Shown: positions 53,201-54,484 of the stretch, piece after piece | How positions within the stretch are numbered: the stretch's first letter is position 1 | How the letters are laid out: every line of letters starts with the position of its first letter | NCBI GenBank assembly: GCA_027622665.1 | Contig: JAQBYT010000018.1 | Location: 1-64,000 of the forward strand | Direction: 5' to 3' | Source of the DNA: Verrucomicrobiota bacterium | GTDB lineage: Bacteria; Verrucomicrobiota; Verrucomicrobiia; Opitutales; Seribacteraceae | Length of the DNA stretch: 64,000 nt | Program-made: the position numbers and the translations under genes | Notes under the pieces: generated by a model | Told to the model about the DNA's origin: nothing | What the model saw: only the letters and a program-made list of their open reading frames with translations | The model's database searches: none

Positions 53201-54484
53201 ACCCTCGTCGAATGTCCACCAGGCAGCCAGATCATTGGGACGGGTAATTCGGTCGGGGGGAATTAGCGCGTTAGCCACGGCATAGTCGTCGACCCCGTCA
53301 AGAATCAAGGCTCCTGCGCCAAATTTCACATTTGCACCACTGGCCCATGACGCTCCTCCGAAAATTGTGGCGTTGGCATCGCCCGAGGAATCAGCGGCTA
53401 CCGTTCCGTTGGTCTCGTCGAATGTCCACCAACCCACGAGATCTTCAACTCGAGTAACCTTGAAGTTGTAATTGATTCTGTGAGTGGTTCTGGTCGAATA
53501 ATCTCCATTGGCGTCTTGGGCTACTCCTGTCGGTAAAGTAATAAATATAAACGTTTGATTCCTGTCAGGTATCAATTCGAATTGATATCGAGAGGCATTG
53601 ACGTCGGAAGGGGTGAAATTCTGTACCGATGCTCCTTTTACTTGAATGTCGGTTTCGAGAAAGCCCGAGACGTTGGCATCGTTGCCCGCGTTGTCGCGAA
53701 AGATAATCGAGACAGGAATGGGTTGAGCGTGAGTGGCCAAAGTCGCATTGATCTCCACGCTAGGTCCAAAATCTCCCATGCCGTCCCCATAGGACACTTC
53801 AACCTCGTCCAAAGATAGAGCGACTCCATAGAGGCGGACGTCATCGATAAGACCCTCGAATGTATCGCCGCCGCCCGGAGTTCCCCCGATTCCAAGCTTG
53901 CCGTTATCTTGAGTGACGTTCCTCGCCTCGTCAACTGAACCAACGATTAGCCCGTTAAGATAGGTCTTTAATTTCTTACCATCATATGTCGAAACCAGAT
54001 GATTCCAAGTCCCGTGAGCGATCTGGAATGTACCCGAATTGACGTAATCTGCCTGTAAACGATAGTAGACCTTGATCGAGTCTCCACCTTCATCAAATTG
54101 TACAAAATATGGAGAAAATACATCTTGTCTTTTAGATAGTATCTGAGTCCAGTCCTGTTGTGATCCGGAGCTTTTGAACCAAAGGGCGATAGTATGTTTA
54201 TCTTGAGCCTTCAGATTGTCGTGAGTCCCGACTTCAGCCCAGCCCGAGTTCTCCGTTAGATCCAAGGCGAAACGTGAAATGCCGGATCCCCATTGACCAC
54301 TTCCGTAAATGGTTGCATCCACACCGTTGCCGGTTGCGTCTTGAGCAACCGTGCCGTTACCTTCATCAAAGGTCCAACGAACTAATAGATCATCGTTGCG
54401 GACGACGCCCTCGAGCATCGACACCACATATCCTAACACCATCGTTAGGAACAATATTTTTAGTGGAAACCTCATGCGCGACAT
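14213..54484 (-). CDS. Giant (~13,400 aa) secreted multidomain surface protein/adhesin (LamG, PA14, DUF2341, Ig/FN3-like, Gly-rich, F5/8-like, MBG)
   Basis: One uninterrupted 40-kb ORF with an N-terminal signal peptide. The start is probably an ATG at 54490, 54484 or 54475 rather than the TTG at 54499. It contains many WxFDE...IDD(V/L)R(I/L)Y LamG units, nine WLDA...EGYLAHKW-type units, three DLRF-containing DUF2341-like units, GLPxGL..ISGTP Ig units and YYYR FN3-like units. Confidence 0.95.
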   Translation of the reverse strand: MSRMRFPLKILFLTMVLGYVVSMLEGVVRNDDLLVRWTFDEGNGTVAQDATGNGVDATIYGSGQWGSGISRFALDLTENSGWAEVGTHDNLKAQDKHTIALWFKSSGSQQDWTQILSKRQDVFSPYFVQFDEGGDSIKVYYRLQADYVNSGTFQIAHGTWNHLVSTYDGKKLKTYLNGLIVGSVDEARNVTQDNGKLGIGGTPGGGDTFEGLIDDVRLYGVALSLDEVEVSYGDGMGDFGPSVEINATLATHAQPIPVSIIFRDNAGNDANVSGFLETDIQVKGASVQNFTPSDVNASRYQFELIPDRNQTFIFITLPTGVAQDANGDYSTRTTHRINYNFKVTRVEDLVGWWTFDETNGTVAADSSGDANATIFGGASWASGANVKFGAGALILDGVDDYAVANALIPPDRITRPNDLAAWWTFDEGSGTIASDSSGNDHNGTLQNGASWTSGRIGNGISFNEAGNDRVLITGYKGITGSNPRTLSAWIKTTDTDGRVLHWGTDTAAQKWFFRTQINNGQAGAIRVEVNGGAIVGNTIVTDDRWHHVAAVLLESSTDVNQVKLYVDGVFDGSSWSASEPVNTASGDDVRIGETFQGLIDDVRIYSVGLTNFDISSIYREASGSPLDLGEGDYTISTWFKPAANPSYIAGLKAGGLNGNMSYAANPGNLDTNTANSGATNGIDPLGPSLSESKTKPPWKDNWTVVYSGQIFDADGEMAFQEDIDDVAYLVVNGQQLLNDAGWNNVTFGNTNFGSGGWFDFELRMSNGGGGAGRANAPTGFGWDATGGTTWVAPRNSTANSMDLFRTEEPPNPLVARLGTSADKGLFHKVQGRIGANHVLSDGSVELAQSSSGISIGEWHHLASVVDRTAGAVKLFVDGTLAGSKSFTLDAAGEYTLTDWYFGSMGSSIFAEGTLDDTRIYSAALSSDDIANIYNGGEGDMGLMANFDAPLITNLGVIPVTVNFSRFGEAETVAGFTEGDISVTGATIGNFQTLSGSQYSFELTPTSITKVSLTLAAGAATGNGDPSLPTATSILLTPPVRQHGDLIRWWWFDDAKGTAITDAMGVIPGELKGGSDWSPFGKFGSSVVFDAEGDHVELGTDPGLSSANSFSVSFWFKRATDSFSWNANNINNVMFSLRGSTESSIEIGTEAGNLETYLSTELKSEQIATPAGVSNNQWHYLTLTYDTTREDELELYLDGVTRGSWSQFGGKLVVDADAVLRLAITDPTEPAKGRFDGMIDDLRIHASALSPSDITATYENGYGDLVLTVTPTFPPVTHDSPIPISLEFHKYGQTWPIDDFNESRISVNNANDGNYTGAGSDWQFTIAPTIPNGRLNVSLQAGLGKDSGGVESLAESFDVIFGMPVTRADRLQAWWQFEENATSLATYDYFGRFTGSFAGNNGNVPQFETNGKFGQALLLTGDTWVRTNAYGSALNVGGNKPRTISFWMYVFDGQQTDAGPYGYGSRACGNGKNESFCLRELHQDNYKRIRSQHWCWDPQFNAPTDIRNRWIHVAHIYTGTNVQVYFNGSRLADWARNEIDTGENYPFQFGRWTDETTANRIFLGLMDDFRVYDVAFSQAEIDTIYANGDGDLGIKSTLEVGRVVRDNPFKLGIKFERFGNPIEVTGLALDDLTLAPFTGAAGLLTKLSPGNYELDVQFNVPTDATITLRDSAITDRYGEGSPFASVTTRQMWRSVTSGENLTAWWPFDGDVGNIAQDRSGNENNATLIDAELTAEGRFGQGLRFAPDTIAARMQTNSASGVNIDSNSYTLSAWFNGLYSTTGKNSLFRSNEKPSNLDWDRMILFRGSDRTLCSFDGNDGNENNRYRSSGKTLNPLDYLGWHHVAAVAKGNRTYFFIDGKPVGSSDRQETSDVFLIGNHDSGEAFAEFLDDVRIYSISLSDAEVSGIYGNGFGDLGSTPIITASSPAHTNPISFSVGFGDKGQDSNVTGFSISDIQVINGTASDFNGSGFAYDFNVTTDSGAEEMLVTIPSAAANDESNFSTEGTTHRVLFHTAVYRETDIISRWTFDEANGSSVRDVGIAHNTSFLRGDAHLTTGKFGKALNLDGSGDYAEIPKFRGIYSDGDFTISSWVNLNRAGLTSNADDAGIFCRSGNGNDSVLLWYNVNGTGLANRTFTFNAGNPGTAANRLDGPDNAARVSVWQHVACVMNGNERFLYVDGEQAGFLPVGPTSNTRMEGSSVRIGSWDNSGNFDFNGLIDDVRLYDVAFTDAEVAILHGNGFGDIGVVPLVTIASPTDRSPVSVTLDFKRFGTLESVTNFDLNSTNDLNVTGGTIVNANGSGASYTFDIIPDGQISIITISLPKGAGDVTLNEKTSASTSSFAFRPSLTAEENLVIWYPFENLDDNSTPDISGGPGINATIESSLGQLIGHWTFDETSGSTAANSGITGNTHDATLTSGALFSTTDWKFGGAALHLPTGSTGAHARVTTPLDLGGDVTKATFSLSAWFKKLYPESSGKWRTFTRGSNSHHHFMVQNGAVNAGVYANANGDWRDSGEFDLPAADSASSWHHIVVVSDAITNKTKLYLNGVYKGDSDRATGDNIYAIGNYQAGDQRFAEYLDDFRVYDFVLADSHVTEIHGTGDLDLNRLPTPSPGKFGNSLFLPESGYAKANSDQVSLLNELTLSMWAKIHNDNAGVLARNGQFSLQYEMDNTVRASVYTGGAWRTTRSRSILGEWAHHAMTYDGAEVSLFLNGAKMASTPASGFLEWGDGADHHLYLGYAGSLGANAEIDDFRLYNRALESSEISAIFNNGAGDAGLLPNFAGMTPFGSNPASITTSFVKGSTSHSVTGFATEDLNATNADVLNFTDTGANNAYSLDLNATGDPTMVRLAIPADAVDLNGTGNQPGAAEFHYRIVTAVEDDLLAWYTFDENNGTFVGDSSGRKRHARLSSDVARVAGKFGKAIDLNGDQVSVPFFIDQSSATSTGLTFSAWINPDDVDSGLDGEKTLFATEDTANGWDWGFFIRYRRMSLWTGQSREEIAHRIFVKEWAHVAASFDPILQVATAYHNGEPSVATTFNFTDTANMIRIGSDYNSNRIFDGRIDDVRIFGRPLSTEEIRAIWGGGSGDLAPAPSFIVESPTTADLIPVTLRFNQTVGDFNSSQDLLVTGGTITDFNETTYTFKIAPSSFDSNITIEMAANSVTNAYGRKNESANQQIEYRAHRVGEAHLVAWWKFDDAVGNTAYDSAGGSSNGTMIAADWVVGKFGGALAFGTSDKSMSVDGLPNELKTATISFWVLPRAESELSIINNNQLGGDVDLRSINRRLVLRCSDLDQRGLPITANDEFWSGSVLNLSQWNHVALTYDLLNKRILFYVDGILDAESPFAGTHALALDHQFWVGGNDTNSDNFFQGDLDDLRIYDSVLNETEISGIHGEGFGDFDNQLVTFESKPSLTTPIPVTVRFLQDGFPIEVTGFDQLDLNVPGGNISSFSKQSAGVYNFGITPLNPSVSGTVTLSIPDGTALSDKNVAFPAGSHVVEYRLPLVREEALIAYYKFDDVGGTEASNEIEGGPSAKLENGLIFENAGKFGRALSFSDGDDRLDIEGGLPLPSDWTLAVWFKELFSNTEVRGLFRGSLESHALVPKSGDDLGIFISGSTGFIDSTVDLPSANYLDWHHITVVGTGGKTIFYIDGVKTGFTNGQSNDALKHIGNTNSSSSWDRFARFLDDLRVYRTALTAEEVTAIYGSGVGDSDRTPSIPGGLALTVEKGKPINFKVPVPDASSITATGLPGDLSLDAATGIISGSTDVTGTVNVEVNATNLNGSSIGNLALRMVDFDAYSAKMEIRFPGTTESGLPRDLPGLVLWLDAESVQGVIGDRVTVWGDSSGNENNLDKVRGRPVIAGHESQEGQRVVRFDGYSQLHSTTDFGPMLSEYSVLTVARYLGGDDERIISTIGSNWAFGLGNGNTGHWTAGTTVIDSAAQSDTNWHLHSGTMTSGALATLRRDGYTLATDKTGADPTAYKPALFALGGSNANERFGKGEVAEIMIFDRVLTATEIESMESYLRDKWFGGSTKDFPLLVRLGPGPVAGFDYSTFADQTTAGDLRFFDSSLRELPHELETWDIAGESIAWVKLNDIVPGEIVTAYWGNDSDKVAPAYRADGSTWSNFEGVWHLSQTSADPVVASATGNRNGSRNGGVTSGDSSAIGWGYLFDGLDDSITISGYSGILGSSPRTISAWVKTSGNTGDIAGWGGSGNHWQFGIGSGTLQLAAGTGISNGTTSVNDDEWHHLAVTFPTGSSDSNQSILYFDGKQEPAGNSATGTVSTASVGDVTFGYGVQDPSRFNGKMDEIRISGVERGSRWIRYSAENQKLGSTFVSTLTEYLIAPQLPSELNASVALNIPFIYAIPASPPASEYNATGLPSWASLNVATGEISGTPDATSVFSATVTATNAKGSTTVTLNLISTTTPSTASLSALGTENVEGRSATLLGDMNSTGGDAPGVTVFYGTSDGGATSSAWDANKSLGSINQGLFNAKLTNIDSGETYFFRFQAVNNSGTSWSESLSFTTKRFDQGTIRIHTGDNETGLNSGFYWDKSAGESKILDANSTLTTTYVAPDGSAWPVTVTTFHFPENLYLGTNLSQIILSGKNSLSLQIDGNATIEKSFSGATPLANPVVLGATKIDGHDGYYGDDTTRSNRIGLSVLGGYGGNQGPGRGYKTWLTGGGASHAGEGGQGDRGPGGLSYGSGALDFLLGGSGGGGGNGGESGGGGGAMEIVASGDVTIAAGVTIKMNGGTIFVNPNQGAYRTGGAGSGGGIRIEASNIRNLGILEALGGDAAGQDERETGQRYRQSVGGGGGGGRVAIISDGTIVKGSINVNGGKGMAEGLPGLPGSVYVGSKSQVAGDLIFNSGTLTIDTGGSWSHSSGTKGAGVVTHHSFKDNGGARFGYGICTFSFDSVNLGPGVAVVVRGRNAIQLKVAGNVLINTAISLDGSSGSQGAYSGRAGPGGWNSGRAADNVISNEHLALEGQGPGGGHGFETGRSNGGGSYGGQGTGGLFGGTPGSIYGDDVITYLVGGSGGGHAERGTGNSGGGGGAMGIQSDGNVSIGSNGLLSVNGGNGLYAGDRSGAGGSGGSIRLEAANISNSGTLSAKGGDALIMSSGGAGGAGRIALLTPGNLTQGTLDVTGGEIVRQTIPDVLRSEDLVGHWQFEESSGINTAADSSVNGLEGTITGSPDRVPGMIGNAFRFDGNDDRVVIPNNTAMHLDKYTVSFWVYPEKNNDYWTGLFGRQGRNFNFWFGDGNHATRGFVRHRFHEGTNTSSGPGDTFLSAWNKWFHVVGTNQGLGGIAATYLDGILIQQKTITAALGINTTAPLNIGVNPEDVNSNSSYFLGIIDDVRLYGQALPPEEVYYLYQGDMGLAERAPLTSARQAGSGTATIVQMPSVSNPSFTTATYGQPFSTSTSAGYGVTYEFTGLPPGLDTREPYTPANIPSTLAWYASDDNSSTEIEYGTIGTGMRVSLWEDKSGNGNHATGFGSPSFVSNGLNGMPVIRYSGTDGEYHSWSNMTDIRTVFWVVKRNSGPSFLLGDDNQYHFHSQGSTFFEGNTHTNVSSGVLAINGTTANGTIANIPATMSVISLRTTGNVEASNFSNDRNIAGRYWNGDLAELLIYNTPLTDANISKTEGYLAHKWGLASDLQGGHPYQASAPVSWDPSDLSPSLWLDANDTGYLASKDHYVKTWKDISGNGRDATTTDFSTGPTIIQNQLNGKPLVRFNIGENLTISDPRPMPMTIYIVGKQYNDAGANRELFTYNGWRLAHNGNWSLMRYNNNDPDLNSGKSSGVYSMVGWRVKRYDYAMWVNGESGGGSTSNQWHQNVLFDRINFDSGWELGEIMMVQDKMDENDRLQLEGYLAHKWGLTTSLPSTHPYKTEPPYGPQGPNITGTPNSAGSFPVTVKATNIWGSDTNTFTLTVDPVTPRAVSLAGTEVVSTGARLNGSLHDSGGEPSIASFDWGLSDSVLDRNLTLPGTHSAGSFSGFLTGLQPATTYYYRAKATNGAGSSLGNDVSAMPILHWKLDDLGSSAIDQMGQANGQINGSTSVIDSTRGRVLHFDGNDDFVNLGDIDVMDDIERFTFSVWFKRDSDIAGASPIASSNAINNVLLAQCSSASNDNMEIGTDGTKVEIYIDSGSGTSDGTIEVEAGIQNGQWHHLALTYGSEMTLYVDGAKISTWTQFNGRLESSDKSPLSLGASRPASEKWGDFNGSMSDAQIFPAELSALEIKILAGGTGVQSFTTGTLPAPPVIEVLPVSVVTDTNATLNFQLISYDGPAPNVTVYWGPVERADNEGLWTDSFEMGQLGAGLHAHKVGGYTSGDTVYYRVKAVGATASDWSDKAESFRTVGKPLVVALPATDSTKVSATLHGQVTSNGGEQVTVSLNPPGVSEGLIAHWRFDEGTGVEAGDSTGFNPVADIYGGATWTAGMGGAFGTALDFDGGTLAYIKSPDFRISGIVSFAGWVYKRNLGNWQRIVDFGNNPDSHNLIVANEGTTNSGVWNIRRNNVAMQLTVQDFWTLNEWQHVVATVNAQGVMKLYRDGELKGSYKGHVPNNQQRTKQYIGKSNWNDAYFDGMMDDMRVYDRDLTDQEVATIFAGDLETTLTLGGDAPLVQVFWGDEDAGFNTDVNASDNSKWDNVVNLGIRDLGTIDIPVTGLTGGETYYYRIHAQNVAGEVWSPQATKFNAGSFEFTTNSLPGQELILWLDASDVDGDGNASNEPFGGSLNFWRDKSGQGHHAGNGNGPEIAPGRWNGKTIAKFNGIDQYLRVANSEPFNFGEKATLFLVTKGDTIANWRPIISKRGEDGVGWQFRKPNNDYATFTIRGTTGPDGPYGGTKINDETHVWAARRDGFKRTQWADGNQEYSNDDRGPVPATDDDVVIGARDQDGIGSYAGVEIGEILFFRSDLSDGEVAMVEGYLSHKWGLSEQLSGTHPHKDAPPSFENRPGILNKSEISLLQNNPFSLQTITDRSADSYLASGLPSGLAINPVSGLISGTPTTEGTYGVTILASNAAGSRPSALTLHVKDYTRWEYSAPITIPGYDANDTLTDFPVYIEIDDNINSFSYEQFSSSAGFDLRFVGPDGAEELKYEPVKWNPTGVSSYWVLVPELKAGTTITAKWGNPNATTQPDYCLDGSIWNRYHAVWHMEGDDPTVIRESSGSLHGTAINFKEIPRVPGVIGKALSFDGINDYVNLPLESHPPGDAKQLTISFWAYGGPSLPKDTSILESGSSLGRHLNIHHPWSNGRIYWDAGSGSVDRIEKNDVDYRGKWVHWTFQKESSIGAMYIYKNGEEWMSGYSRTRPFGGPVDNFRIGSARTGGSYWNGWLDEVRISLDLASAASIKAAYSSQIPGANFVSIGTVEGPPTLIPGQVVRGFANDANRSVAYALQTFPSATEFAAAGLPFGLSINISTGEITGNPIQGSSTNITVTASNSKGSDQGIVSLVIVDVNEFTHKTAMTFEGYDGNETLKDFPALIRLGKDIPNFSLRSFQSASGNDLRFYDDNANELAYEIDEWNEASGELLVWVRLVELNSDLNVTAYWGHSLNAVQAPTYAYDGSTWSSGYRGVWHLGEMNSAGVLTDSSITRNHADDHDGLDRPSSVIGTGRTIGGGSDTFISVPYSSSLQLLEGSDYSFSTWIRLEDELPNDIPNAFLARGWDSWIPSNGNEPYFNNIAQGLFANKQFSGQRIWTNEDIHLDNDNEFMNANIGITSNDWYMSCFISTFVVPETGNYGFRMLRKDDRAVMWMDLDQNNKFDGNEKIGGNDDFTKDPVSPNELIAGEEYLVAFAHGEGGGGSRIEPWIKTPSVNWVIINPSDPVQNGWYKVPLDGTVADDLSSMNIYSYGSGKSFYFGSQAKPSLHHTLESSSVTSVSTIPVAKGTWRHLSTVVDVTNGKAKIYLDGNLTGQTDFSPEPAATINPGLSWVIGQGMVESAYDELRLSGVARSDAWIKASYHNQKSSQAFPTYGSVIGPNSINTPLIFTIEADQAFSHDVNATNPPLAFTATGLPSGLILDSSNGLISGTPSRSGEYEAIVTALYPSGQNPSEKHSFSIQPVLPQISINNLTTTTSTTTQVVYEITKSGGEDPEVFLVADILDMKHELYNWSRRLELGNKGLGVYTVTFGDLTPGSTYFLRMMARNSAGEAWTGANSFVRTQPLLSDLPGDAGIWLDATDIDANNLPDGFSVGSTISFWLDKSSYARHMSEVDGDPKVALSILNNKPVIDYDGNDRMYTSYDFRTNNAADWRAGGYTAFGISRYSGGDNERLITSNGGNWLFGHHGNTIGRYHFDGWIDQGTTADTNFHLFEARHQGKNQAADPSCEVWNNGIEGSYANSSKTGSNNDWFMPQRLSFGAMNSVTQESSKGQVAEFIMFHGLLSDEDRLKMEGYLAHKWGTSLPANHPWASEPPSFGESVINGTTQQFTPPKTRIPTVVNRPPSSVTNDSATLNGNLADYGTGIVLGPFTPLAYGGLKLWLDATDLDGNDIADSFSGNSPVSIWTDKSGLENNAIQGGVGKQPLYKPVSINSKASVRFDGTDDFLSFPRMSDIRTVFLAITRNDANNQAFLLGDSIRYDFHSANGRVWSIANASANLYNGSLRVNGNQRDGLITDFPTGEVCVVAVRSIGPVEASNFSNDRDIANRFWNGNLAELLVYSEPLSDEDMLKIEAYLAHKWGTEDNLPSAHNYKSEAPRRVNPAANVKVYWGANDGGTNPSDWDNDVDAGVAVLGLKKMTSGITVIADPIPTESASTYPAQKLLDDQLPADGWRSTWTAWYKTNTTLTFNLGKERILEKIRIYFMPRDRGDELKEVTIHAADEYLNFAPVKTENGKVGTRNVGTWMEIPMDGILTRAIKLEPVFQGWGHIWGEVEFWVRETGDFSIDVEGLSKGQTYYYRVFGSNDGGQDWADDTISFKAENKVFYDSGKLVIDTSNGTWKHDGGDFRMGEISPATFIDSLGNSFNYDVCRFTFDDVKLMGGLEIEVRGNATLEIVSTNGDAFLGATINLSGGSGGKVDRGTATAGGFAGGDLSSRGIGPGGGFEGGGGYGGTGGGATSTSGQPYGKGSLVDLLGGSGGGGLATSTGGGGGGALKVIASKQLIVDASISSRGGNGLLGSGGGSGGAIFLKGNSFSITAKGTIDVSGGSGGGGGGRIYLEGSDHFENQGTDNILLQGGAGAPSGTDGGARFTRPSNLENLEFFTGGIEIDTEMGVLTHSSGEVAFGIIEDNIHIGEDGIAWSYSTCRFPFTNIELGGGVIVTLKGRNALILEATAGKIVIGTNIKADGSAAANEKGGFGRLGGFSGDDTGFGTGRGPGASTQTTAEGHGAAHGGHGSGDARIYGDRALDSLLGGSSGGASATGGSGAGGGALWLKASGEVVIKPNVTISANGGNGEGSAASGSGGAVRLEGSRIFNHGRIEAKPGSGVKVSGNNQNRGSAGGRVAFISSGVAQVGEIDVSGEWLSNEGTIFVSRNYLNSNIVVDSGTVTFDTTTGYFSVENGPHGEGILSTHTYFDSDETIWEYGVCSFTFGQLRITGSAKVVLKGKRALSIQTVGTGEIYIGVDLRLDGGDASAVDGYGGRPVLNPWRGRSSERQTGFGPGGPLPAGNWGTGASFNYGDDQLSQLIPGSSGSSGRYFQGSGAGGGALELKAGGDLTISSGVLLSANGGNGRTDGYQWDHGGGGSGGAIRLVAKNIYNKGLIQAIGGNRAAGGGRIVLASSETIERGVISVGSGSIVEVRPPTVSGPSTVYLGYRGTGTVEMKKKGSTKPENLLGHWHFDNGTANDSSGNEFHGVASASSIFSVNTWDGQGMSVNLGGNHHILVSDGASESTFDGGNSFSVTLWVKGWPNGGFEPYISKRGEEGQGWQLRRRGGSGDQISLTMRGPGNDDWSVTKNINDGNWHHLVGTFGDGKRSIYVDGVLEGQENRNGAVNPTGSALVFGARDNSGVAGAPNIGAHAGVFLDEVRFYNTFLNQSEVDAIFKGDFTKVPVHVQYRITADNSPRSYGVEGILPAGLSIESGTGKILGRPLEVGSFDLNMTATNVAGKGSKPITFIVDPTAPEVAAIAPAEVTATSARLAARVINDGGQPPTLQFFWGDNDGGENLELNATDDIGWDHRIDLNGSFSDGTAGTFLTGLDRNQTYYYRVVAGNSVNPVVWSIPKQSDLAAWWRFDESSGISVLDYVGNSSGTLVGMTSGDRVFGQVGKALRFGGAGEHVTVTGYKGIAGTNARTITAWIKTTNTSGTIASWGENANGALWNFVIKDGKLRLDVKNGSIEGTATVNDGNWHHVALMFPAIGSDVTDAVLYADGSPDPITASSSRAVNTGSKEDLRIGSDSVFNDHFNGIIDEVRLYETDLSSSDLAAIFLNGTMRFKTSNVTVPPVVEVITVNPTSGGTATVTGEILSYDLTKPSVKIYWGDEDAGPTTGIDTGDNLKWDNVENVSAGNALGLGEFNATIAGMTPGKLYYFRAYASSSDGNDWSSGDPSIRNNLAAYWRFDEESGMLALDSTSKNRNVTLINFDSNASRSTGFVNKALLFDGTDDWVDLNLNSDAFFLKDAFEGRSITFRFKAPSQFYIGPAVTRYKNLVGYWALNEGSGTIAADATSAKTEGTVLGSASWGTEKFGGGLIHDGVDDALSIDASLFNEVHKGAYSISLWLKPAVEVDTSTKNAFLVRGFNQSPNNNYYNDINTLIGLAYNGQKVWTSEDLHLDNDNQFINAGIGITQNDQYMFLALSTFVVPEDGDYGFRCTRKDDYATIWLDLDKNNQFDVTDKLGGNNDFTRDPVTLVAGDKHIIAIAHGEGGGGSRIEPWIRTPSLAWTKINPADPNQDGFWILDSASPWGGIVTPTSLHKNIFQRNGEGLSLAPGNVLNMTHLTSTGTVSAVATTLAPSGAWRHVVGVFSPSEDKVRIYVDGNKSGEADIPFGATPLDIPAINYWRLGGGGGGTIFNDYLTGETDDLRIYDIVLSDSEIASIYNAGLSDLNVPQAAFVSQTIYDEGDSTNGLGVKFDSGILSAKINGAGNSLEQTHVIDLADDRWHHAAVTFGDSPKAFKLYVDGAISGSSQLFGSAILPAHADPPAIGKTIGTAVFNGLGNFKGLLDEFRIYDRGLTQEEVTQVYDGDMINTGVVSLHAIELPQIVTTPATDVFPERATLNANVLSTGGVITVIDEIRDLTFNAGTAPGIVGWYSASDMDGDAKDDLGLTYRNGAVVTSWKDSSGFMRDMVSSSGDPTYSMFGLNGKPVVSFDGDDKIWSNDNYDFLTNSGYTIFSIARYTGGDNERVIASRTRNWLFGFHGDRVGRWHPGGWVDQGSAANTLWHMNVGIIDKKSDPKAWFWHDGSQTQSGSNGSNDNDFAPGQLQFGGEGTGAGEMSECEVAEVIIYKGMLSEKNRQGVEAYLAYKWDLVGTILAANHPHKSANPFTGITRVYEVNNEGGDDPVVKIYWGETNGGENLTVDANNSANWDQVAVINEGQPVGLGPVSTELSNLEADKRYFFRAHAENIGGSYWSPLHKFFTASDSRLTKYTLDGLVFWLDANDIDGDGESDNILPDQPIGKWTDKSKSGQNATQTVGGFRPIYITSSFDGRPAVRFASGEYLNVGTLRAEVGGVHAFAVAKGGGVAIGADDGSSGWTLDVKPGSRLASYNNESTNIDRVSVGNDPATGYGQFIGDIAEILVFDRFLPEAEVQMVEGYLAHKWEVTDDLVGNSYKVKQDLELYFNFEEVDGSNVYDSSPKNRQGTLINIADADLQVSGQFGSGIRVPGGNSNISLGVNEVPMGSNWTVSAWFTAPLTDTGTLLQHTLVAATSNDRHVVFDAAGDRQLGVYNTLNGFTGSGFTANTLSTGWHHLVAVGDVDNAKTVFYIDGNLVGESSLVAKNNVGVIGNFEAGDERFTEKLDELRIYSRALTTLDVSELYGSGNGDFGGHPYQDGPPSFDNRPKIQLPIMPLAHWSFDENNGTILTDASGNGKTGTLLNFEDPVEARQAGREGLGVKFDGVNDVATIESQTAFGLSASFAVTFWAKTSDLNAHLLRSGQFRVEALDGFVRGRAFIGPALTQGSWKSTDWTPFALDEWYHYALSYDGTKLRLFLNAAEATTAVPTSGILDWEGTDNSLYIGGMPSQSPMTDGVFDDFRVFNRALTIEELDAVYNLRDSALVARYGMDYSYQITATKGPTDFNATNLPQGLAVDYATGIISGRPEATGSFNVQVTVGNPSGIDTGTINLEVLRGRQSISFQQTLAGLRYGAPPIDLNASATSGLPVSFEIVSGSQAVDLNGSRLSIKGPGMVGIRVSQAGNENWYPAKNVLRRIQIGKAELVIKAHNQFRKTGEPNPDLTYDLTGFVNGENNSSLLSPVDITTIANVGSPAGAYKIIPEEVNASNYFFTYLSGVLTVSDKKSQILIFDQNLTNVAADSLPFQLLGNSFDEDGNATLLPLLYQIEDTNIARLRVTAQDNLIAYWKFDENLYNSAKDERGNYNGTLVNLVSTGNGKAWTKGKFDNAISLGTPNGYVHLGGVPLKEEFTISLWVKPEDTSTDGAVILSKDNIVPMQVFRIEQNATDGFVTATFHQDGNASTVKISSSTPILTNDKWTHLALVYSKDANGSLLLYADGNKSSELTGVAISGINLASRLSALYVGDALASMSGKVDDLRVYDSALGDSTIALIHGQTGGDFNKVEIIGAGTTKTTARQAGNDDYESALPVDNYMTVWKVPQTITFEAIHDHSVGDFPFTISAYSSSGLPVSFTTSDPALATVAGNTASVHGPGVATLTALQTGDNRYEMATSVTQSFTIGYGNLFSDSAPGLKLWFDGNDVNGDQYRDEPTDFLPGNKISLWGDKSGNTNNPIQGNSNNMPVWQPNTLNEKAVVRFDQSESFDIDNEVPAARVIFLVHKQNGIGSSKVLGGDISTTDAYGYFGLHRETAGVNLKSNISSSSWSVNALRVTPGSQSLWIDGEVIEAGGVNGEVQALDKVGNGFTGEIAEALIYNQDVNSVNRQKIEGYLAHKWGITDSLSSIHPFRSTPPTFGGSQTITFPPLVEKAVGDSSFPLTAFASSGLPVFYVSSNPNVAVISGTLVTVIDAGTTTITAMQVGDDRYDPAHPVSLQLHVIPPVTKDDQNITFVPIVVEKTRDDPPFQLIASAISSGEHHPVFSLPVIFTVEYGHASVDSSGVVTLDGIAGEISITANQSGSAYVHAATPVNHVFQVTTKQRQEIRFPNTGEKGGVRDMPMNHRAFILQGVSSSGGIPLQITSSNSTRVRVVDGHRVVPVGIGTVELSITAPGNDQFVPAPPATRLLTVVKPTQKAWIDFRRGDVRYDGTRERFVRRLIAREGLSEVEAKKVFDEDYSDSDGDGFSNLFERAIGSDSLGPDNWKDLPFRGQLNTSNQAISIVRFKSPLETTDENFQYHIEKSTDLRTWTSSGFKSSPRRVDLGGEMERIVYETDAPLPSGGRNFLRLRITTP

